This document shows, piece after piece, positions 1-12,900 of a DNA stretch of 64,000 nucleotides. The notes under the pieces are model-generated. The model was not told the DNA's origin and made no database searches. It was given only the letters and a program-made list of their open reading frames with translations. Both the position numbers and the translations under genes were made by a program. Source of the DNA: Podarcis vaucheri (Eukaryota); NCBI GenBank assembly GCA_965113315.1, contig OZ220363.1; one strand, 5' to 3'. Position 1 is the stretch's first letter, and each line of letters starts with the position of its first letter.

Positions 1-371
1 ATGGTTCACCCCTACTCCTCAGTTAATCCCGACAATAAACCAGTGAGGTAGAGGCTGTGACTGGCCCAAAGTCACCCAGTGATCTTCATGATCTACCAGG
101 TCCTAGTCTGGCACTCTTAACCACTGCAGTGGTACCTCGGGTTACATATGCTTCAGGTTACATACACTTCAGGTTACAGACTCCACTAACCCAGAAATAG
201 TATCTCGGGTTGAGAACTTTGCTTCAGGATGAGAACAGAAATCGTGCAGCGGCAGCGAGAGGCCCCATTAGCTAAAGTGGTGCTTAAGGTTAAGAACAGT
301 TTCAGGTTAAGAACGGGCTTCCGGAACGAATTTAGGATTTAACCCGAGGTACCAATGCATACCACACTGCC
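1..371 (-). mobile_element. Degenerate MIR/Squam3-like SINE interrupted by a MITE (127-357)
   Basis: gtgactggcccaaagtcacccagtga...ctcttaaccact | accacactgcc resembles the reverse complement of a squamate core-SINE 5' half and resumes after the MITE. Confidence 0.6.
127..357 (+). mobile_element. Tigger/pogo-like (Tc1/mariner) MITE, ~230-bp family copy 1
   Basis: TIR CAGTGGTACCTCGGGTTA...TAACCCGAGGTACCAATG; TA TSD decayed (TG/CA); same family as 6626, 31073, 37445. Confidence 0.85.
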
Positions 372-1192
372 TTCCTAGAGTACTTCTGCTATGGTGCAGC
401 TCTATAAATTGTTGGTAAATAAATATGGGAAAACAGAATGTCACTTAGAGAAGAATCTGAAATATTTCCCTTGAAGCTTGATTTTGTTTTATTCTGGATT
501 GTTTCAATTGCTGTTTTAATGTGTTGTTAACTATTTTGAGATCTTTTCTTTAAAATATAAAGCTGTATAGAAATGAAATGTATACTAATAATGATAATAA
601 ATTCCAGTGCAAAAGACACCACAGCAATGTGCCTAGACATTGTTGTGGTGACCATAACCTTGGTTTAAGGTGCCATTTGGTCACTAGCTTATATATATGA
701 GTTTCTAACTCTGGCTGAGCCTCTAGTTCTGCCTTTTGCATCAGAAATGCCCATTGTTATGGAGAGTTTGAATAAATTCTTTTGTAAATGAATGCTGAAA
801 ATATTCCTACTACAACTTGGGAAGAAAATCAGTTGTCCCCAGAATGCTTCATCAATATGGCCGCAGTTATTTGACCTTTGGAGCAGGTAATTTAATCTGC
901 TGGAACAGAAGCTCATGACTACATCCATTCTTTTTGTGTCCTCTTTCCCTAGAAGGTTTTGTGTACCTTCACAACTTTCCTTAGTTTCCCCTTAATGTTC
1001 TCCCTAATCACAATTCAGAAAAAAAAACTGCTGTTCAAAGGGAACAAAAGTGAACCATCTAGCACAAAATTGATGTCTATATGTTTAGTATATTGTCTGG
1101 CATTCATTGTAGTTTTCATAAAGAAGAAGATTCAGAAGCAGACAGCTCTGTGAATAAGTATATGCAAATGTATTTGTTAAAGAAACTTGGAC

Positions 1193-1530
1193 TAAGAACA
1201 TAAAAGTGGTGTTGCTGGAACAAGTCTAACATGTCTCCTGACAGTAGCCAGTAACATACTGTTGGAGCGCTTGCAGACAGGACACTACGCTACAGCCATA
1301 TCGTGCTGTTTACCCCTAGTGATCAGAGTTAAATTGCCTATAAGCATTGGGACTTCATTTCTTTTTTTTATGTCAGCTAAATTTGTCTAATCCTCTATTT
1401 TAAAAAGCTTTCAAATCTTATAACCATCACAAGGAATAGCAAATTCTATATCAATTATGGGGTGAAGAAGAAATTTGTTTTGCCTGCCCTGAATTTATCT
1501 ACTGTCCATTTCATTGCATGGCCTCATCAC
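1193..1530 (-). mobile_element. CR1 LINE 3' end fragment
   Basis: taagaacataaaa-type tail and aatttgtctaatcc...gaagaagaaatttgttttgcctgccctgaat, the reverse complement of the CR1-like segments at 5658 and 32420. Confidence 0.6.
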
Positions 1531-1716
1531 TGAAAGGTTCTCATAGTTATCCCTATACATTAAAGATCTTTTAAGTCTTTCAGGAGTCCTAAATCTTTCA
1601 GCATACAAGCATCTCTCTTTCTGGTGGTTGACAAAAGTTGGCCAGACCAGTTATGTGAACCCAAAACATTCAACAGATTTGTCATTGTGCTTTAGTGTAC
1701 AAGTAGTTTCAGAAAC

Positions 1717-2084
1717 CCGGGACCGTGGGTGGCGCTGTGGGTAAAACCTCAGTGCCTAGGACTTGCCGATCGCATTGTCGGCGGTTCGAATCCCCACGGC
1801 GGGGTGAGCTCCTGCCGTTCGCTCCCAGCTCCTGCCCACCTAGCAGTTCGAAAGCACCACTAAGTGCAAGTAGATAAATATGTACCGCTTTATAGCGGGA
1901 AGGTAAAAGGCGTTTCCGTGCACTGCGCTGGTGCTGGCTCGCCAGAGCAGCTTCGTCACACTGGCCACGTGACCCGGAAGTGTCTTCGGACAGCGCTGGC
2001 TCCCGACCTCTTAAGCGAGATGAGCACACAACCCCAGAGTCGGACATGACTGGCCCGTACGGGCAGGGGTACCTTTACCTTTAC
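1717..2084 (+). mobile_element. Full-length Sauria SINE (Squam1 type)
   Basis: tRNA-like head with A box TGGCGCTGTGG and B box GGTTCGAATCC; (ACCTTT)n tail; perfect 13-bp TSD TAGTTTCAGAAAC at 1704-1716 and 2085-2097. Confidence 0.92.
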
Positions 2085-3286
2085 TAGTTTCAGAAACAGT
2101 CAGTTGTGCATTGATAGATAAATGTGAGCACATGGAAATTAAACTTGCACTGATAGTGTTTAGATATTAGTTCACATTGTATTGCTCATATAATAAGGGA
2201 GTATGAGGAATTTAGGGAAGGAGTTGAAGCTTAGAGCACAGAAATAACGCAACTAAAGTTGAGAAAATTAGAAAGTGGTTCAGGCTATGACAGTAAAATG
2301 CAACTTTTATAAATATTTATCAGTATACACTCAGATAAACTTAGTAGTAATGGCCTACAGCTGCTCTTCAAGAAGGCAACAAAAAACCAACAAAAACAAC
2401 ACATACAAAAAACACAACAACCCTGGAAGGGGTTTAATAGGTTAGATTTGAAATATGTCAATAAAATTAAGGAAGTTTGTGCCCTGTCATACCTACCATA
2501 AGAAAATATATGAACTTTGTTATGAAAAGGATGAATAAAATGCTAGCAGTTTTGCTGAAAGTGCAGAGGTAGCAAAAATACTTTTTTGATTACTGTTAAT
2601 TAATCTTTATAACATTTGAATGTCTTGTCATTCCATATCCCAAAGGCTTTGAATGAATCGCAGCATTTTAAAATTAAATGTTAAATAAATGAAGTTAAAT
2701 AACTCCACATGGACGTGGAAATGTTATGTAATGGATTACATCAAATTTTGTGGAAGACATTAATTTACTTAATTTAGCAAATCTTGAAGGAAATGAGATT
2801 GAGGGTTTCTTATGAAGTAATTAACAAAGCAGTTAAATGCTAAGTATTAGTGTCTCTTCTGTGGTGAAGGTAGCGTGACATCTTGGTTTTGCAATTTTAT
2901 GTTGCATTTACAGGCTGTGGCATTAAAAAATATTTTGTTTTTATGTTACTATGGGGAGATACTCAAATAGCTCCATGCTGATTGAGAGAGCACATTTTTG
3001 CAGATACAGGGTGCAGTCTACCTTTAATGAACACAGAGAACAATTAAAACTTCTAAAAACAGATTTAGACCGGGAAATATCTCAAAATGCTTCTGAAAGG
3101 GTTAGGTCTTCATTAGGCACTGAAAAGGCAACAGAGATGGCACCTAGCTAGTACTTAATGAGAGGGAATTCTAAAGGGTACGAGCCATGGCACTAACGGC
3201 CCAATTCCTATATAGTTTGGAACAGACCTTTCCTGCAGAGTACAGTGATTGATTGGATATACGAGGTGTGGGATAATCCTTTAGGT

Positions 3287-3419
3287 CAGTGTTTCCCAAA
3301 CTTGTGTCTCCAGCTGTTTTTGGACTACAATTCCCATAATACCTGAGTGCTGGTCCTGCTAGCTAGGGATGATGGGAGTTATCAAAAAACAGCTGGAGAC
3401 CCAAATTTGGGAAACACTG
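3287..3419. mobile_element. Short palindromic hAT MITE
   Basis: TIR CAGTGTTTCCCAAA...TTTGGGAAACACTG; 8-bp TSD ctttaggt/cttcaggt (1 mismatch); degenerate relatives near 4710-4820, 13465-13585, 27470-27580, 42385-42495. Confidence 0.85.
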
Positions 3420-3760
3420 CTTCAGGTCCTGGGTATTTAGTAAGCTGAGAATATTCAATTTAGGTACAATTGATTAGCTCTAGGGCAATCATATAAATAA
3501 GGAAATTCAAGGGATTTTATTTTGCACAGGAGTATTAAACACATTTTAAAATCAATTTTTGAGGGGAAATGCAGTACCATGAAGCCCAATATACAAATTA
3601 TCTATTGATGACAAGAATAGAAACTAATTGGAAGAAGGATTAATTGAGATATCTCCAATTCCCATCCTTTAGGGTTTAATAATGGTACCATAAATAGTAG
3701 CTCAATTTCTTGGATCTTTGCAGCATAATCAGCAGATTGACTTCTCGATTTTAAGAAGTA

Positions 3761-4219
3761 CCGTATTTTTCGCCCTATAGGACGCACCAGCCCATAGGAC
3801 GCACCTAGATTTGGGGGGGGGGAATCAAGGGGAAAAAAATTATTCCCCCCCCCCCAGGCGCGGGGCTGGGGCAGGGGAAGCCCGAGCTTCCCCCTACCCC
3901 AGCCCCCAGAACGGGTCCCAGAGTGCAGCTTCGGCATCGCTCTGAGAGCTTGCGGGGCTGGGGGCGTGGGAAGCCCGAGCCCCCAGAACGGGTCCCAGAG
4001 CGATGCCAAAGCTGCGCGCAGATTCGGCATTGCTCTGGGAGCTTGCCAGGCTGGGGGGATAGCTTCCTGAACCCTGGAGAGCAAGAGGAGTTGGTGCGCA
4101 CCGACCCCTCTCACTCTCCAGGCTTCAGCGAAAGCCTGCATTCGACCCATAGGACGCACACACATTTCCCCTTCATTTTTGGAGGGGGAAAAGTGCGTCC
4201 TATAGGGCGAAAAATACGG
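3761..4219. mobile_element. Tc2-like (Tc1/mariner-pogo) non-autonomous element, copy 1
   Basis: Perfect 27-bp TIR CCGTATTTTTCGCCCTATAGGACGCAC; TA on both flanks; subterminal CCCATAGGACGCAC repeats; GC-rich core. Confidence 0.9.
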
Positions 4220-5657
4220 TAAATATGCTCAGTCGACAGTTTATTCTTGAGAACCCTCTTGGTGGACCCAAAGCTTCTCACCATTCAGAATTAGTGAGCG
4301 ATATTTTTGAGCTATACACTAGAGTTATTTGACCTTAAATTTAGTGAATGTGGCATTTTATTCTAAAACACTTACTAGAAATATTAAGACCTACATGAAT
4401 TAAACATAATGTATGTGTTTAAAGATTAGAACTGAAAGTTACTATTTCAGAGCCTGTTTAGATCTCCAGTCCAGCAGATCCCTTGCAGTTTCAGTATCCA
4501 GGCTAAGGGAAATTTATGTAGTTTGAAATATTCTATACTGTTATTCTTAAAGAAAAAAAGCAACATAGTGTACACAAGGACACAGTATCAGATAGATCAC
4601 GCAAAATAAAAATAATCAATAAATCCAACAGCAACAGAAATAATCAGTTAGCCATTACTGATCAACCAGTTGGATCTCATCTCGACCATGAACTCACTTG
4701 GTGGCATTAAGTGGGGAACATGTGGCCTTCCAGATATTGCCAGACTGCAGCTCTGACCAACAGCTATGCTGCCTGGGACTGATGGAGTCCAACAACATAT
4801 TGAGGGCCACAGGTTTCTGACTCTTGAATTATTGAGAGAATGTTATGTGAAGTGCTTTGATCATTCAAAAACTCCATGTGGGTATGAAGTATTCATTATC
4901 ACTCACTTGGATATTTATATTCTGTTTGCAATGAAGGCAGTGTAGAAAAGAAAATCTGCTCAGGAACCACACCAGATTACACTGCACATAGACGTGTGCA
5001 TTTGTCAGGGTGGGTGTGGGGGGATAGACTGGTAATGTACGAAGTGCTGCTGGTATGTTATGAAGTAATCTCATGTGCTTTTCTTTTACAGTTGTAGCTT
5101 CCTTAACTGATATTTCAGCTTCCTCAAAACTGTTCTCAACCCCTAAAAAGGAGCACTATTCTGTTTTCTTCCTCCTCTCTTGCAATGTTTGAGCCTATAT
5201 CTGATCAGCATCTAGGAGAGTGTTTTGAAAGTAAAATATGTGCTTTTAGGGAACAGCTCCTTTAATTTGTTGATAATTGCAAGCGTAGATATTATCTCCG
5301 TTCCTTTGACATCATACCCGTGATTTGTTTATATACTCTTTCATTGGTGATTTCAGGTCAGTTGTCAAAAATAAAATAACAAATACATATAAGACAGACA
5401 GATAAAATACAAAATGAAGAGTGTAAAGTACTGGAGATGGTCATAATGTTTTAAGTGCCTGCATAAATGTTTTTGCCTGGTGTCTAAAAGATAGCAAAGT
5501 TGGTGTCAGGCATACCTCCCTGAGGGAGGGCATTATGTTTAGATGCCTGTTACCCATAATTAATGCTAACAAAAGTTCTCTCTGTTAGAGTTTACAAACC
5601 TGCTTCAGAAACAGCAGTTCATACTCCCTTTATTTGCCAGCCTTAAGGTCTTCTGAG

Positions 5658-5950
5658 TGTTGGAAGACTCAGGGCAGACAAAAGAAATACTTCTTCACAC
5701 AGCGTTAAATTAAACAATAGGATTCACTCTCCCCAAAAGTAGTGGTGGCAATGAGAATTGGGCATTCATGGAGGATAGTGGCTGTTAGTCATGATGGCAG
5801 TGTTCTGCCTCTGTGTACCATTTGCTAGGAATCGCAAGTGGGGAAAGTGCTGTTACACTTAGGACATTTTTGTGAGCATCCTGTAGTCATCCGGTTGGTT
5901 ACTACAAGAACTGGATGCTGAACTAGAGGTACCAGCTCTGCTTTTCATCT
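5658..5950 (+). mobile_element. CR1 LINE 3' fragment
   Basis: ggcagacaaaagaaatacttcttcacacagcg (end of CR1 ORF2) followed by a 3' UTR like that at 38964-39212. Confidence 0.65.
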
Positions 5951-6625
5951 AATGACTGTGCCAGCGAGCTTGAAGGAAAGATGTGTTGGACTGTGCTCAA
6001 GAGAGAGATTTGAAGAGTAGTTGCAGGTTGAAACTATGAGTATTTTGAAGGAAGGGATTATTTACGTTTCATAAACCTTCAAGGAGCATCTCATTTCCAG
6101 CCCATAGTGACTCAGCCTGAGTTGTTTGCAGTGGCAAATTGTCACATTGTGAGAGAAAGAAACAAAAGCAGAAGTGAAGTAACTAGATGTACTAGATGTA
6201 CTAGATGTAACTAGCAGCAAATGTAAAAATAGGGTGTTTTGGTGTGGTTGCTTCACTTGTTTCCTCAATTCACCATACCACCCAGTGTGCCATCTTGCTT
6301 TCTCCAAGGCACTGTCTGTTTCTTAAGGGAGATACCGCATTTTCATTACTCAGTGGACATGTTCATGGTACTGTCAGATTGAATAAGCTACTGAAAATTT
6401 ATTGATGTTCTGTGCAGCTCTGAAGCAGGATATTAAATCTTAAAAGACTTAGAAATATAATAGATTTTATTGAAAATAATAAAAGTTGTTCTGAATTTAG
6501 CATTTTGGTCGTACTGCTTAATTCTGTCTTCATTATCCATGCATATAAATTTGTAGTCTAGGAGCTAATCTTTCAACAGACTTACTGCGTGTTTTATAGG
6601 CTGCAGGTCTCCACTATGATTATTA

Positions 6626-6851
6626 CAGTGGTACCTCGGGTTAAGTACTTAATTCATTCCGGAGGTCCGTTCTTAACCTGAAACTGTTCTTAACCTGAAG
6701 CACCACTTAAGCTAATGGGGCCTCCTGCTGCTGCCGTGCCGCTGGAGCCCGATTTCTGTTCTTATCCTGAAGCAAAGTTCTTAACCTGAAGCACTATTTC
6801 TGGGTTAGCGGAGTGTGTAACCTGAAGCGTATGTAACCCGAGGTTCCACTG
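6626..6851 (-). mobile_element. Tigger-like MITE, copy 2
   Basis: TA-CAGTGGTACCTCGGGTTA...AACCCGAGGTTCCACTG-TA, 226 bp; inverted relative to copy 1. Confidence 0.9.
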
Positions 6852-9813
6852 TATATCCAAAGGCTGCTGATGTTTGGTTGATGAACAAGACAAGCACCAG
6901 TGCTAGTAAATGTTTTTGCGTTTGTATAGTTGTAGGTTCTCTTAACATATACATGACAGCCCTTTAGATATTTGAAGATGGTTATCATATTTCCCCTCAA
7001 CACAGTGAGATGAACTGTTGATGCAACAAAACATGGTACACAAACACGCATATGGCTTTTGAGGAGCTAGCTATATGTTGTGCAAAATTTAATAGAGCCT
7101 TGATCCCACTATTTAAAGAAAGACACAGACTCTTTTTGTGGGGGGATTTGATGGAGGTGGTGTGGGAAGGGATGCTTAACCTTTCCCTACCTGCTCTTTT
7201 GACTTGGGTCTCCTAGCTTTTCCCACATGGAGTTAAAGATGTATATTTACCTGCATTTAGAATCCTGCATGGTGGGAAGCCACCCAAAGCTCCACCTCCA
7301 TCGGTTTATTTTAATTTTTAAAAAATGACATGAGTGCTTCATCATACATATTTGTGTGTTATGTGTCTTTTACTCCAGAATTGGGCATGATCCAGTCCAC
7401 TGTGGGTACATTGCCCATATTGAGCACAGTTGACAGTATCCAGAGGGAGAGCTAGATGTGACTATGGAGTAAATGCAGAGATTTCCTATTCACTCTGAAG
7501 TCCCATAGTGCTGCATTTACACACTTTTTGTGCATTTACAGGTAGATGGTGGGTGGGAAACAGGGCTCCATTGTGACTTATGTGAATACAATGTGGGTGT
7601 TACACCCACAATGGACCAGATCAAGCTCCTAAAATTTAGGCCACTACATCAAATATTTTAAGTTCAAATTGTAAACTTGCTGTTGGAAAAAAGTAAAGCC
7701 ATAACTTTACAAAGATAATCTTATTTTTTAATTTTTGTTTGGTCCGCTGTTTGCCCTCAAGACCTTCAGCTGTAATGCAGACACCCTTTATAGAGTATAA
7801 TATTAGTGCAGCATCTCCAGCCAGCCCTCTGTGACCTTTATGCTTTATCACCTTAATCAAGCTACCTGCTTGACATTTTTAAAAGAAGATTTTTTCTCTT
7901 CTTGGCAGTTCTTGATGTGTATGGCATTATTCTTTAACTATAGATAATTTCCTAGGAATACGTGCATATTAAGAAGATACAAAAGGTCGGAGAAATCGTG
8001 AGCACTATTCAAAGCCCTTCAGAGTATTGCATTATAATTTGTAGCTCAAAAACCAAATGGTTTGCGCTAAAGTGCTGCAGCTGGAAAAACAGTCAAATCC
8101 ATCATTTGATCCTGATCCATGAGTCTCTTATCTACGCTCCATAAATTTTGTACAGGCTTGGTAGCCAGTTAAAATTTGTGCTAAAGGTGGGGAACAGGAT
8201 CTTGATTGTGATGTCACACTGAGTGCTGCTCTACACGAACCAGCCTTTCCCCGGACAGCTTCTAGCTGAGAGTGGTGGACTGTGGTTCATTTTTGTTTTT
8301 CTGGTCTTCTGAGAGGCTCAAAAAGTAGCAAGAGATTTCACTTATTCAATGTGAAGTTTGCAATATCTCTTCTGTGCTTAGAGAAAGGGGAGGCAGAAGG
8401 TGCAAGGCACTGCACTGTCTCTAAAAAGGATTGCAAAGCAGTGAGGCATATTGTCACTTTTCAGTACTTCAATCCATGTGAAGTCTGAGCAGTGTGAAGT
8501 CTGGTAGGAGGTCTTGCAGGAAAATATGTGCTTGTCAATGGTGAGCTGGCAACCATTCTCACATTTTTATCATGTGAACCCAACATTAAATATAATAAAT
8601 AAGTTAATTGTGTACTGCATCTATAAAAATCAGTTCCCAGCATCATGGGACTTGGGACTCTCAAGGGAGCTTCACATTCTTACCTCTTACATTCCACACA
8701 GTCAGTTCATGAAAGGCATTTTGCTAGTAATAAATTGGTAATGGAGACTATGTGTGAACTCAACCTAAAACAGCCAACAGAATATTCAGAAGAAAAACAT
8801 GTAGTATTAAACAAGTGATTCCTCTGAGGAAGAAGAAATCTCTTGATTTATGACAATAGAACATTCTGTAAAACTCACAACTGGCCGAAACATATAAATA
8901 CTTTTTCTTGAGGGCTTAATATTGGGCTCCATTCCTAATACTTTGTTCCCTGTTGTTTGGGATCTGTATCTGCTACAGTGTGTATGTATCCGCGCTCTGG
9001 ATCAGCAACAGGAATTCTGTCATAAGGAATATATTAGTATATTTATTCATATGAAGTTATAGCAGTCTTAATAAAGATCTTTATCCGACCACATGTTATT
9101 CTTCAATAGCACACATGTAGAGAAGATATAAAAATCCATTAAATGCCAATGTAGTATTTTTAAAATGCTTGATGCAGCAACTGGCAATTGGACCTGAACA
9201 CTGCAGTCTTCGCTGCTTTTTTTGCAGTATTGCAAATAAGCAAATTCTTCCAATGTAGAAGCCATACTTATTTCAGGATTAGATTTAAGACTCCACTTTG
9301 AAAACAGGAAGGGAAAACGTTAACTATTTCAGAAAAGGAAATGATACGCATCCACTTCTCCCTTTTATACATGAGACTAGATAAATCATTCAGATTTGGC
9401 ACGCGAATTACCTGTCCAGTAATTTCTTGTAGCTGTGGCACGTCTGATGTGCATACAGAGCTCTGACCCCTTACCACAGCTTCCCCTTTGCTTTCAGTAA
9501 CATCTCTGTGTAGAAGACATGCCTATGTAGAGCTGCCCTCTTTTTCAAAATTATTGGAGAAGTCTGATTATTTAGGTGCCTTGGGTGTTTAAGTCTGGGT
9601 AGGAGTGCCAGCTGAAATTTTAGTTAAGCATGCAAACATTAGCACTGTTTTTAAAAGTTCTTACTCTGTTAATCTCTGTCTATGTTTGTTTTACATATCC
9701 TGTAAGATTCACTTCCTCAAAAGGAGGGTTACTTTTGTAATTGCTACTTTTTATGTCACATGTTTGGATACGCCTGTGTTTTCCTTGTAAAATTGCTATT
9801 CTTTTCCATTTAG

Positions 9814-9907
9814 GCCTCAGGGTAACTATGTTGCTGACATCATCCCTCATGGTGGTAGGAGCTGGCCTGAGATGTGTTCCTGTATCAGACCAAGAAACAA
9901 GGAAATG
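9814..9907 (+). CDS. SLC49A4: SLC49A4 coding exon 2 (GLRVTMLLTSSLMVVGAGLRCVPVSDQETRKW)
   Basis: Acceptor cttttccatttag|G at 9813/9814, donor TG|gtgaga at 9907/9908; similar to human [26 protein letters not shown]. Confidence 0.93.
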
Positions 9908-12900
9908 GTGAGAGATTTATTATTTGTTCTTTAGTGGCTGGGGAGGGGGGACCCTTCCAAATTATCTTGTCTCAATAGGATACAATGGTTTTACTGTGAA
10001 GACTGTGGTGTAGCTAAGGTGATAACCGGTAGCAATTGGAAGATGTTGAAGTAACCTAGTTGAAGACATTCTGCAGTTTAAATCTAGTTTTCTACCATGG
10101 AAAAGCTACATGAGAAAAATCCCATAAAACCATTCTAATGACATTTTTTCCCCTTAGGGCTGAATAAGATTATTTGCGAGATACAGTACTGTATGTAGCA
10201 TCCAGCTACTAGAGACACCCCCCATGTCCTTCTAGATAAGGACCACCCCCTTTCCTGACCACCAGATATTCTGATATTCTGAGATTTGAAAGGGTTATGA
10301 AGACTGGCCTCTTAGCCACCTTCTGCCTCAGATGCTTTATTTTTGCAAGCTGTTAGGTCATGCCCACAATACTGTGGTTCACCAGCAACGGAAATAAAAC
10401 TTGAAGGAATTTGTCATGGTTTAAACACAACAAAAGAATGAATATGTAGCTCTGCATGTGTGAGGACCATTAAAATATATTTTCTGATGTCTAGAGCAGG
10501 GGGAAACCCTAAATCAGATTGTAATTGCCATGTGGTCCCCAGATCATACCCCTGGTTATAGTAGAACTGATACTATATACATGAGACTCACTTCCACCAT
10601 TATCACTGCCAATATCAAACTCACCCAGACCCAAAACCAGTAAATAACAATACCACCACCAACAACAACAATAACAGCAACAATGTAGTGTTTATCTTCG
10701 CAGGATAGTTTGAAAATGGGATAGCTGAAAATTCTGCAAAAATAATTAATCTGATATAGTAAAATCAGTTTAAGTCCAAAGTGGAACGTAGAACTTTGCT
10801 CACAAGGAAAGGGGCACATCACATTAGAAAGGCCAGATGGTGTTTGCTCAAATATGAGATATGTATGTGCTTTTATTTGTAGAACAAAAAAAGTTTGTTA
10901 AATAGTCCACTGCAACTCCTCACAATTTCAAGTGGTTTGCTAGAGTCTGATGGAGAACTGCTCAAGGGCAGAGCTCTAGGTTTCGCAAGACAACTCAAAA
11001 GAGACATAGCTATGGCTGTAGTTGTAGCCACAACACTAGTTGTGTCCTACTTTCTAGGTTAATCCTCATGCGTCCTTTCTAAAATGTTAACATTTCCACT
11101 TCTTTTAAAAAGTAGCTTTCAAAAACTCTGTTTATTTTAAAAAATTGTCAGGTAACTTTTGTGCAAGGCATAGAAACCAAGTAGGATATTGGAAGGGGTT
11201 CCAGCGAGCAGAGACTTGACAGATGGTGCATTTTTCTGCCCTCTATATACTCCCTCTACCATTTTCTTTCCAGACCTTTTTGCAAAATGAATTAGCTTTG
11301 TTTATAGTGCTGGATATGCAGCAAATCCACATGTGTGTTGCATCCAATAATATAAACAAAACTTATTTATTTTGGAAAAAAATTAATGTGTGTTTTCCAG
11401 AATTGCATTTTGTAGGGAATTACTTCTATGTCTGATTCTATAAGCATATTATATTGTCATTTATTTCCCTTCTGCCTTACTATCAGTACAATTATTCACT
11501 CTATATCTGCAGAGCTTCCCCTCCCTCTTTGTAGTGCATCTACAGAGCCAGAATGTGCATTCTGTGTGTCAATCATTCAACATGTTTGGTTTTGACCTTT
11601 TTGAAAATATATAAATTGTGATAGCTCTGTGAAACTAAAAATGTGAACATTAGTTGTTCCTTTGATGCTTACGGTAGGCTTTCAAAAGAAATGATGCTGT
11701 GTCTTATGTGTTATTGAGTATTATGAAGTTTATGCTATGTTTACAGTTACATTCCTTTCGCCCTCAAGTCTCCTTCAAAAATATCTGAACTTATAACTTG
11801 AGCTTTTGGGCTTGGTTAGGATCTGAATAAGTTTTGTGTTCTTAACAAGGTCATTTAGAAAGAATAGTGCACTTAGCTTGATTGTATTTACCTACAAAAG
11901 GAACATAAAGTATTATCCGAGGGCAAGATCATCTTTTTTGTGGATATTTGCCAAGCATTTGTCATCTTTATGAGTGAAATAAGCAGCTTAGTATAAAACA
12001 ATAATGTCTTAATGACCTATTGATTGTTTTAGGGTTGGGCTGCAGTGTAAGATTTAATTAATTTTGTTTTTAAAGCACTTTGAAGGTGGGACCAGCATAC
12101 CCACTGAAGTTCAAAGTATTAATAATTTTATTATTTGTGGGCAGCATGCAGTGCATTGGGTTACTTTCCCTCATATAAAAATCAATAAAACAATTGGCAA
12201 AAAAACCCTGTTCACATGCCAAGTTCCTGTGAGGAAAGGAAACTGCTGGGCTGCCAGCATATATATACTTAGCAATGAGTAATAAACCTTCAAGGGAAGC
12301 TATTTTGTAATGGGATTTGTAGGGGGGGGCATTAGGCAAGAGTGCTTAGTAGTTGGACCAAATTTTAAACAGGCCATTTGATCCAGCTTGAGAAGTCCTA
12401 ATGAATTGATTGTTCTTGCAGAAGTCAAGCAATTTAAGATTTAGACCTGGTAATTTAGGATGTGCCCTTTGGATGGTGGGTTTCTGGCTCAGTCACAGTT
12501 CTCCGTGGCATAAAATTCTTGGAAAGATCTTACTCTGTGCCTTTGATTATGTTGGGAGTGTGAGAGTTCTCAATATTTTGGCCATTTTAACTAGTCTTAG
12601 CACTCCAAAGAGTTAGACAAGAGTTGTCTATACACCCCCATTTGCTTTGCATCCAGTGCACTCCAACCACTGATCTGAGAAGTGGTGTACACACAATGTT
12701 ATTCACAGTCTGTATTTATCCTGTATTTGTCCTGTTGTTTCTTAGGAATACTGCTCTTCTGTATTCAGATTCTAGCACACTTGGAACCACTCTTCAACAA
12801 CTCTGATTTATTTTGCTAAATGCCCAGTGTATCTGCAAACTGTGGCACTATCTTCCACAGCACACTGACACAACAATCTCAGCAGATGCAATAACTGTTT

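Noticed and set aside
2150-3750. Degraded L1/Tx1-like LINE body
   Set aside because: The purine-rich plus-strand composition is suggestive, but I found no recognisable RT or endonuclease motif.
3602-4222. ORFs of 98-187 aa here and at 16778-17378
   Set aside because: They are read-throughs of Tc2-like MITEs with no transposase (DDE/D or HTH) features.
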